From Paramecium tetraurelia (taxonomy: Eukaryota): a stretch of DNA of 64,000 bases. The notes below the pieces were generated by a model. The model had not been told where the DNA came from. It was given only the letters and a program-made list of their open reading frames with translations, and did not search any database. Every line of letters starts with the position of its first letter. The first letter of the stretch is position 1. The translations under genes were made by a program, and so were the position numbers. Where the stretch lies: NCBI GenBank assembly GCA_000165425.1, contig CT868008.1, forward strand, positions 62,001-126,000. The letters run 5' to 3'. Shown in pieces: positions 54,170-64,000 of this stretch.

Positions 54170-56717
54170 ATGAGCGAAGAAAATTAATTGAATGCTGATA
54201 AAAACTAAAACAAAAATAATCTTGAGAAAATAATAAAGTTAGATAAAAAGAATGGGAATTTTGATATTTATGATAAATACTCCAGGTAAGATCAATATTC
54301 ATTACAAATAGACGCAAGCTGAAGATTAGGACATCATAGAACAATTCCTACATCAACAGTTCGTATTAGAATGAATACATTTTATGTTATTTTTGGAGAC
54401 ATATTAACTAAGTGTACTTTAAGAAAGTGGATGAACCTGAATAGGAGAGACTTGAATATCTCAAAGCTATGAATGATGATGCTATTGTGACAGAATTTCC
54501 TGTGAAATATGCCGATTATAAGTTTTATTAAGCCAGATAAATCTTAAATAAATAACAGATTTAATCAGAAAATAAAACTTATTGGGAGAATATTTAGAAG
54601 CACATCAAGTTGAGCGGTCTCATTCACAAAGCAAAAGCTCTGAAAATACCTTAGATCGAGAAAATATATTACATGAAACAAAAATCAATGGTTAAGTTTA
54701 AATGAAAAGACATCAGGTATTGTGTACATTATAATTGAGTTCATTAATACAAGAAAATGCTTAATTGGATAAATTGCTGGACAAGTTGAATGAACAGATA
54801 GAACTGAGAACAGGACAAAAAGATGAAATCTTTCAATAATTGTAAGAGTATTCAAATGAATTACAACAATTAAACAAATCTAATAAGAAAGATCTATAAA
54901 ATCTCACTTAAAAAATTAAAAGTGAACAACCTTTAAATGTCTTTGGAACCTAAGTGCACATTTACAAGCAAGCCCGAGGCAATAATAATCTTAGCAAGAA
55001 TCAAATTATATATAATAATGAGGCACTATTGACTTATCTGAGGAAGAGTCTGGAACAACTGGACTTTAGACAAACTGCAGAATCAATAGTGAAAGTCATT
55101 AACTCTGTGCATTCTCCTAATGGTTATTAGTTCTGTGTGGCATTTGAGTAGGCTTTGAATTCTACATATGTAAATATAGATGAAGATTTGATGTATGAAT
55201 TGGATAAATTGAGAGATACATCTTTATTTAAATTCTACAACATCCCTTAGAAAACTAAATATTCTCACATCGCTTAAAATGTATGGAATTATAGTATTAA
55301 TCAAGTTTGTTGGAATAAATCAAGTTCAATAAAATAGATAGAAGCCTAATCCATTAATAAATAAAAATCTAACTAAAGAATCTAAAGCATCTTAATCTGG
55401 TGATAATGATTCTACTTTGCTAAGATATGAGGCTTGTCATCATTGCAAAATGTTGTTTAGAGAAGAATATCTTATCTCTTGTAATTATAGAAGTGGAACC
55501 ATGGGACTCCCAATAATCAATTCATCAATAACTGATTCATATTTGTTCACTCAAAGTAAAAATTATTGAAAATCATAGTGGATGACGAGGGCATCAAGAG
55601 TAGAAGACAAGTTCCAAATAGAAAGAAAACAGCATACAGCATTTATTCAAAGAAGAGTACTAATCAATATAGATTATTATATTAGATGGTGAGTTGATAT
55701 GTCAACGAAAGTTCTGTAGAATGTGTTTGAAATAAAATTATGATATAAAAATAGAAGAAGTCATATAGAAGACAGATTGGGTTTGTCCTTTTTGTTAGGT
55801 AATTTCCAAAATTAAATTAGGCTATATGTTTTTGTTCAAGATGTCAGAGAAATGATATAATGATTAAATTAAAGGATCTATATACAATTTGTGGAGGGGA
55901 TTTAGAATAATTAACTAAGGATTCCATCTTTGAAAAGTATGTTCGTCCCTTAACAGATGATTAATTATATAGGAAGAAACCCAGCCAGCTTCAGGTATAT
56001 ATATTTAAATAATAATAAGAGAACTGGGTATTCCTTTGTAAAATAGTAGTTGAATAACTTCAAAGATATGCAAGCAATAAGATTGGACTTTGAGAATTTG
56101 AGATTGTTGTGTTCTCAATTAATGAGGAGAGAGAAAATGAAATGGAGAATGTTGGAATAAGACATTCTTATTTGGAACAATGAAGCCAAATAACAGAAAT
56201 AATAAAAATTATAAAAATCATCAATTACAAAATCTGTCCAAAAAAAACAAAAGGATCAGAAGAAGTTAAAAAAAATAACTAAAAAAGCTTAGAAGTATTA
56301 TTTGGTAATTCATGATTTAGATCTGATGTTTAGTATATTCAAGAATTATCCTCTTCATCTTCATTTTCATCAAGTAGTAGTGAATACTAATAAAGTAGTG
56401 AATACGAATCTGAAGAAAATGATAATAATAACAACAATAACAGTAATAATAATAGCAATAATAATAATAACAATCATAAATAGAACAATGAAAAAATTAA
56501 TATGATATCATAAAAAATGAAATAAAAAAACATTAAATAAGTCAGTAATGACAAACAATAATCATTAAATAAGATATTACAAAATTATAAGTCATTTCCT
56601 GCTAAAAATGTAAAGAGAGAAGTTGCATACTTATTGCAATATCAAGACAGTGACACCTATAGTCTCATTGTAAAAAAAATCAAATAAGATTAATCGATTA
56701 ACTCCTTAAAGAGATGA
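54170..56717 (+). CDS. zf-4CXXC_R1 zinc-finger protein with a BRPF/JADE/EPC-like C-terminal helix
   Basis: EACHHCK..LISC..ICQRKFCRMCLKQNY..DWVCPFCQAICFCSRCQR, then IRLDFENLRLLCSQLMRREKMK; several tiny introns. Confidence 0.8.
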
Positions 56718-57103
56718 ATAATTTATAAAATACAAAATAACTAAAATAAATAATATATCAAAGGATCTAATAAAGGTTTATTTATTGTTTTCTTTTTTTC
56801 ATAAGTTGTTCCAATAAACCAAATTACTTTTGAGAATGTATCTTTATAATTGAAATATTTTATAAGATAGAGTAGTAATTCAAAGGTTAATTTAGTTTAT
56901 GAATTTTTTATTAAAATTATATCGATTTGATATAGTTTATAAATCTATTATCATTTTAGATTTGAATAACTAGTTTTGATATTAAATTATGAACTTTCTT
57001 TTAATCTAATACTAGTATATTGGTAAGTATATATTTTACATTTAATATGATGTTACTGATTTTAGAATTCTTATAGCATAATAAAATATATAAAAAAATA
57101 TTA

Positions 57104-59145
57104 ATGTAAACCTTGAAATTATTCTATCTTAGTAAATACTACAAGAAATCTGTATATGGTGTATTAGGTTTAGGTGTAATAGGAGTAATACTATTGATTT
57201 CAACTAAAATAAGGAAATAAAATTCAAAGTAGTAATCTCTTGACCAATTTCAATCAGAAGAATAATCAATTTAAGGGACAATTTTTAATTAATTGGATAA
57301 ATGCTCATTGTCTAATTTAGAAGAAGTTGTAACACTGAACACATCAATAAAGATTGAAATTGATTTTAAACAATAATAACTAATAGGAAGTGTAACATTG
57401 AAGATGAAGGCTATAAAGGATATTAATAAAGTTTTATTAGATGCTAAACTGTTGAATGTACAATAGGTAAGTGTCAATAATGAAGACACACAATTCAATT
57501 ATAAATAATTAGTAGTTAATGACTTGGGAGATCAATTAGAAATAATAACATAAAAATAAGCAAATGAAGAATTTCAGATTGAAATCACGTTTTCAACATA
57601 ATAAAATGTACAGAATGAATAAGTAGCTATGAATTGGCTTTTACCATCTTAAACATTTGGTTGTAAGCATCCTTTCTTATTTACCCAATCAGAGCCAATT
57701 TATGCAAGATCATTAGTAAATATTTAATGTATTCAATAAGTTTCCCTGTCAAGATAGTCCATCAATGAAATCAACTTTCGATATACAATTGATTGTTCCT
57801 GCTCCTTTAAAAGCATATGGATCAGGATTGATAGTCAAAGAAACTAACTAGGGAGACAAGAACATATTCTAATTTAATTAACCTGTGGCAATACCTGCAT
57901 ATCTCTTTGCTATTTGTGCTGGAGATTTGGAGAAAAAATAAATAAGCGAGAGGACATTTGTAATATCAGAACCGATTATAATAAATAAATGTAGCTATGA
58001 ATTTTCTGACATGGAAAAGTATCTTTCAACAATTGAAGACTATTTAACACCCTATAAATGGAATTAATATACAGTTGTTGTATTACCAAAGGCCTTTCCT
58101 TTTGGAGGGATGGAGAATCCAAATTTGACATTTTTATCACCTTCCTTGATTGTGGGGGATAAGAGTGAGGCCTCTGTTGTTATACACGAGATGATACATT
58201 CATGGTCTGGGAATAATATGACATGTTAAAATTGGGAATGTTTTTGGTTAAATGAGGGTATCACTACTTTTATTGAGAATAAAATGGTTGGCAAGATTTT
58301 TGGAAAAGATCAATAGACATTACATGGCTTATTAGGAGTATTTTCAAATATTATATTTAGGATAATGATTTATAGAAAAGTATAAGTAGCTTTGGAGCAA
58401 CTCACACTTATACGTCTTTATCTCCAAAAATCAACTAACAAAATCCAGATGACTGTTTCTCTTCAATTCCTTATGAAAAAGGATGTTAGTATTTGAGATT
58501 GCTTGAATCTTAGATTGGAGAAGTGAAATTCTAAGAGTTTATAAGATTAATCGTTTCTTAGAATACTCTGAATTCGGATTAATTCAGAACTCTTTTAAAG
58601 AGATTTCTTCTTGAAAATAATATTTAAGGAGTGGATCTTCAATGGTAGTAATGGATTGTTGAGCCTGGTTTGCCTAAAAATTCATTAAAAATAGATCCAT
58701 AATTTACTAAAAAATACTAAAATTTAGCTGATGATCTCTTTTAGAATAAGTTGCCTTTGTAGGATTTCTAAGAGTTACATTCAAATGAAAAGTGTTATGT
58801 CTTGGATTTATTAGGCAACAATTAAATTGACTAAAACACATTAAAGAATTTGGATGAGGAGTATCAACTGCTTGATTCTAATAATCCTGAGATTTTACAT
58901 AGAATTTTAATTTATGGAATAGAGTGTGGTTATCCAAGTGCTTTGGGGTATGAAGAAATTAATATTAATTTAGAGATAAGTTGAGTTAATTTTTAAGTAT
59001 GAATGGCAGAATGAAGTTCATAAATCCTGTATATAGAGTTTTGGCTGAAAAGCAACCAGATTTAGGATAGAGAATATTCAACTTATACAAGAATAGTTAT
59101 CATAGCATAGCAGTAGGCTAAATATAAAAGATGTTTTAGAAATGA
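57104..59145 (+). CDS. Leukotriene A4 hydrolase-like M1 zinc aminopeptidase
   Basis: DKCSLSN, HPFLFTQSEPIYARS, FPCQDSP, FPFGGMENP, HEMIHSWSGN..FWLNEG, IPYEKG, GRMKF. Confidence 0.95.
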
Positions 59146-59328
59146 AAAATATAATTACATTATAGTATTTACAATCAGTGTATTTAAAAATCATCTAATA
59201 ATAGAACTATTAATTTTTAACAATACAATTCTGGTGTGGCCATTATAATTCGTTTAGAACCTACTCCAATTGATTTCAGAAAATGGAAGTTTATAAATTA
59301 ATGCTTTCTCTATATATTAAATAAATTA

Positions 59329-59775
59329 ATGTCTAAAAAATAAGTAAGTGACAATGCTGATAGATACAAAGGAGAGGCAGGTAACTTCTAGTCTTTGGAA
59401 AGTGATGATGGACCAGGACCTATGAAATGTAGAAGATTAAATTATATAATTTAGCTGTTGAGGGTTGGATTCTAATTGCAAAGGGAATTCATGAAGAAGC
59501 TTAAGAAGACGATGTATTTGATGCATTCAGCAAATATGGTCCAATTAAGAATCTTCATTTGAATCTTGATAGAAGAACTGGCTTTGTTAAAGGGTAGAAG
59601 CTAAATAATTATTATTAGTTATGCATTGATTGAGTTTAGTGAATTTGCACACGCTTAGGATGCTTTGAATGGTGTTAACAAATCAGATGGAATCTGCGGC
59701 AAAAAGATTCAGGTTGACTGGGCATTCAAAAAACCTAACAAGAAAGGAGCATTGAAACAAGTGAAGAAATAATGA
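59329..59775 (+). CDS. RBM8A: Exon junction complex RRM protein Y14/RBM8A
   Basis: [63 protein letters not shown]. Confidence 0.96.
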
Positions 59776-60180
59776 TTTTAATGTTATATCTATGCAGGCA
59801 TTTAAAATTTGTTATAAGCTGTCCTATGATGGACGAGAGATAACATTTAAATATTAATCATACAGTCATCATTATCTTAAAACAACTGAGAAATAAATTA
59901 CAATGATATCTCGTTGATGAAGTGAAATATTGTTGATCGACAACATCAAGAGAATCTGATCAGAGAGTATGTTATTGATGATATATTAATATATATATAT
60001 AATATATTTTTTAAATTTGCAATTTTATTACTAATCTATAATTGCCTTTGTTATGCAGTTTAAATTTTAAATTGTAAGATTGTTAAAATTATAATTATAA
60101 ATATACCAATTAATACAAGGATTTGTACAACCTTAACCTCCCCCTTTTAATAAAATTCCTTAATAATATTATCACTTCTA

Positions 60181-60905
60181 ATGAACTATAACAATAGCAG
60201 CAACTCCAATACCAAGCGTTAAAATAAGAAGAATAAAGCCTTGAAGAAATACAATATCTTGGGTTAGGATGACAAACAACATATATTAGAGAGCTTACAA
60301 AAAGACTCATCCCTTGAGATGTATTAAATCTTGAGTGAGAAATACAACACCTCAATTAAAAACCTAAGAAGATGGTATCAAGATGGAATCGCTCGCAAAC
60401 CAGGATGTGGAAGAAAGAAACTCAACACTAAGGCAGAGGAGGAACTCAGATAATGGATCATTAAAGAGAGTGTGGAATTGAGAAGAAGAGTTAGGAGATC
60501 TTAGTTAAAACAGAAAGCTATAGAATTATTTAGCATTCCAAACTTTAAGGCTAGTAAGGCTTGGTAGGATGAATTTATCAGAAATTTTGATATCAAATAT
60601 TAGGTGAATGAGATAATTGTAGAAAGTAAAGTTTGAAGAGCAAAGAAGGAAGAGGCAACAATAAGTTTAATCTGTTGATTAGAAGTCAGAAAAGTAGGAA
60701 TAGCTTTAACAAATCTTTTCATAACAAGCTACTGAAATCCCACAATCAAAATTAGAAGTATTAAATATACAACCAAAAGTTTCAGATTTCAAATTGGAAG
60801 ATTGGTCTTTTGAAAAATAAGAAGAAAATAAAGACTATTTATCAGAAGTATTCTCTCCAAAATTAGAATTCTTTAATGATGAAAAGTCAAATTAGTATTT
60901 TATGA
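60181..60905 (+). CDS. CENP-B/pogo(Tc5)-type bipartite HTH DNA-binding protein without a DDE domain
   Basis: KKYNILGQDDKQHIL..LSEKYNTSIKNLRRW..RKPGCGRKK..AEEELRQWI..LKQKAIELF..FKASKAWQDEFIRNF. Ends at TGA 60636, or extends to ~60905 via a 19-nt intron. Confidence 0.75.
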
Positions 60906-61013
60906 TCTTATTATTAAATATCTTCCTTTACATAATAAAGAATTCTAGATACCCAATTTCTCTATATTATTATAATTATTTAAGTATTATTATTAAATAT
61001 AACAACCAATTAA

Positions 61014-62107
61014 ATGGAGAGGGATTGTAAATATAAGAAATTTCTACTTAGATTTCAAATAAAGCGCTTCCAACTTCTGCTAAAACCCTAACATAAAGCA
61101 TCCTGATCAATTCCCATAAGTTATGGAATAATATGATCGAGAGTATCACTTACATCTCATTTTAGTGTTTGCTAGAACCTTGGCTAAGCATATCCCTAAG
61201 TACCCACTTATTATCAATAACAATTGAATATCCCATAACAAAATTCTTTGCTTGATCATTTTTCTCGTTAAACTCTGTTAGCAGATTCAGGGTAGTGAAA
61301 CAATTTATTTAGATAATTACTCCAATATTCATAGACTCTAGAAAATGCTAAGGTTCAATAAGAGAATAACAAGCCCATTCAATAAAAACACTTATTGATG
61401 GATCACATGTTGGGGAGTTAATTCGTTCCTGTGCCTAATAATTATTTAGACTTTAATGTTAATTCAAATTAGTTAGGTCAAATAATTAAGTAGCCCACAT
61501 ATTTCAAAGACCCTCATGATGTCAGTGAATTTTAAAAGAGATAAATTCAATATCTCTAAGCAATAAACGATCCTTCTCCTCCTGAATAAGTTAAACTATT
61601 CAAATAAAATATACAATAATTGGGTGGCATCGAGGATACTATTGGAAGTAAGATCTATTGTAATATTAGACATGCAATAAACATTAAACCAATATGAAAT
61701 AAAGCATTTGAACAATAAGAACATTAAATATTATCCATAATCCTCTCCTCCATTGACTTAGGAATAAATAGAGTATTAAAAGTCCATTTCTGGTAATAAT
61801 TAATTGTATAATTAGGCAATCCTCACCCATTTCTATATAATCCAGCAGATGATAAGGATAGGTTTGTATATGGGCCTTTGAAACCAGCATAAAATATTTT
61901 AGAATAGCAATAAACTCAATAATCCTAGTTTTATTGTATTTATTAATATCTTACTAGAAACATTACGTTAACAATATAATTAAGATTTGAATTAGATGTA
62001 AGAAAGAACACAACCTTTATAATAATAATAAGATTAAAGATACTAATAGTAAAATTGTTAACCACACTACTTTGATTCCATTGAGCAATCAAAAAGACTA
62101 AGAATGA
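61014..62107 (+). CDS. Hypothetical Q/P/N-rich protein
   Basis: Continuous frame after removing several 21-30-nt GT..AG introns. Confidence 0.65.
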
Positions 62108-62518
62108 TGAAATAGTAGTAATTATAGTAAAAACGTTGATATATAAATAAAAGTGATTTATGATTTTTTTTTGATATTTTTACATCAATTATCCATAATA
62201 TTGATAATTAAAAGTAATTTGAAATTTCCCTTTCATTTTAAAGGATTGGTTCCATCAATTAATTGTTAAACTCTTATGTTAACTATAATATACTATTCAT
62301 GTAGGTATTTTAATTAGTTTTGTCATATAGTAAGTTATGTAATTTGAATGTGAAAGCTGTTTAAAAGAAAGAAAGATAATTCAAACAATGATGTATGTTT
62401 AAGAAATAATAATGCTATTGTTTATTATGAAGATAATTAGATAAAGTAAAGAGAACAATGATGATACTAATATAATATATATGAATATAGAAATTTAATT
62501 GATTTATGATAAAGATAT

Positions 62519-64000
62519 ATGAATGGTATCGTTGAATTACAAATTCAAACACTAAGTTAACCTTTACAATTGAAAAAGGAAATTGAACATAGAATTAATC
62601 AATTTGATGATATGCAAAGTGATAATTATAAATTATTATATTATTTATATTTTAGAAAAATAATAAATGAATATTAACAGTAATAGCAAGCCAAGCCTTT
62701 AGGAATATCTTGATAAATTGAAACAAATCCAAGATGCTAATAATAGGAGACTAAGCCAAGCAAAATCATAATCAAATGCCTCAAAGATAATGACTCCTAA
62801 GACAGTTTCTCAATTAAAATAACAAACCAAGTCATCAACTGATCGTTCTCACTCTTAACATAAATTGATTCCTTTCTTTTAGAACAGGAAAGTATCGAGT
62901 TCAAAGAGATAAACAAGTTAAGCTGATGAACCTAAAATACCAATTTCTAGTTAGGGTATTACAAAAACAGTAGAAACAACATCTCCAAGGACTGGTGAGT
63001 TAGAAGACATAAAAAAATAATTAAATTAATGGTTCATTAAAGAGAGTAAGAACAATAATACGGGAGGATGTCTCTAGTTATTGGAACCTACGTTAGTTCA
63101 TAATATTTGTATAAATGATATCCATAAATCTTAGTAAAATTACCTCCCAGACAGAAGATCAATTCAGAACTAAGAGCTTCTCTTTCAGCTAAGGATATGT
63201 TAGATAACACAGCACTTCATTATGCAGCCAAAAATGGGAATGCCTAATTGACATCTGCATTAATATTTAAGTAAATAGCTATTGATGGGTAAAACAAAGA
63301 TAACATGACTCCTTTAATTTTAGCTGCTATCAAGTATTGAATTAATTATTAACATATTAGTGGACATGAAGAAGTCTTGATGATCTTGATGAATGCAGGT
63401 TCAGACATCAATCACTAAGATTCTGTAGGAAATACAGCATTACATTATGCTTGTAAATCAAATCATAAGGCAATTGTCTAATTGTTATTAAAAAGACAGT
63501 CGCTTTAATTTAAAAAAAACAAAGAACATAAAAGTGCTGAATAATATGCGCAAAACGAAGAAATCCAACGTTTATTCTAGAATTACAATGAGGACATCAA
63601 AAAATAATGTAAGTCATTTGTATATCTTAATTTAAGAGTAGAAGATGAATATGGTCTAAATATAAAACACTTAAAATGATGTCATTCTTAAAATGTTTTA
63701 ATATAAAAGAGGATAGATGAATTAATAACAATAACAAGGAATTCAATCATAAACGTAACAGAATTTTGCTTAAACTCCAACACAATTAAATAGTTATTCA
63801 TGTAAAAATTTAAATATTGTTAACAAACAATCATCTTCTCCAAACAATCGAACTTAATAAGAAATTAAATAGGAGAGATTAAATAAAATAAACTCAACTC
63901 ATTCTAACAAATAATAATTAACAAATACCGTTTCGACAAACTCTGATTCTATTAAGAATAAGGAAGAAGAGAAGATTGGACCCTAATAGTTCTAAGTGAT
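62519..64000 (+). CDS. Ankyrin-repeat protein, probably followed by a kinase domain (continues off the window edge)
   Basis: NTALHYAAKNGN, MTPLILAA..GHEEV, GNTALHYACKSNH; window ends EEKIGPQQFQV, typical of the entry to an AGC kinase domain. Start approximate. Confidence 0.8.

Noticed and set aside
61200..61281. Apparent unusually long (~80 nt) intron
   Set aside because: The frame is explained better by a 23-nt and a 21-nt intron flanking a normal exon

Overview
Very AT-rich, gene-dense eukaryotic DNA that only reads as genes under the ciliate nuclear code (TAA/TAG = Gln, TGA the only stop), with many ~20-30 nt GT..AG introns and very short intergenic gaps. This is the signature of a Paramecium-type macronuclear chromosome. 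The supplied ORF track uses the wrong code, so most of its entries are antisense shadows or fragments. Manual re-translation gives about 35 protein genes. Recognisable ones include two CK1 kinases, a YbaK/YeaK-like tRNA deacylase, a DHHC palmitoyltransferase, a tetraspanin, an endosulfine, SDA1, RFC1, a Rim15/IRE/Greatwall-like kinase, WD40 proteins, a Cys-less DSP pseudophosphatase, an Aurora-like kinase, 14-3-3, a 3xRRM+SPOC protein, an IST1-like protein, Yip1, POC1, an LTA4H-like M1 peptidase, Y14 and an ankyrin protein. There is also one initiator tRNA-Met and a 150-N assembly gap. The best leads are: a zf-4CXXC_R1 finger followed by a BRPF/JADE/EPC-like 'LRxDxExxRxLxxxxxRREKxK' helix; two stand-alone CENP-B/pogo-type HTH genes with no DDE domain; an FPA/RBM15-like SPOC protein; and an easily missed 55-aa endosulfine about 15 kb from a Greatwall/Rim15-like kinase. 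All family calls come from motif recognition by eye, with no database searches. Gene spans include introns, and some start codons are approximate.
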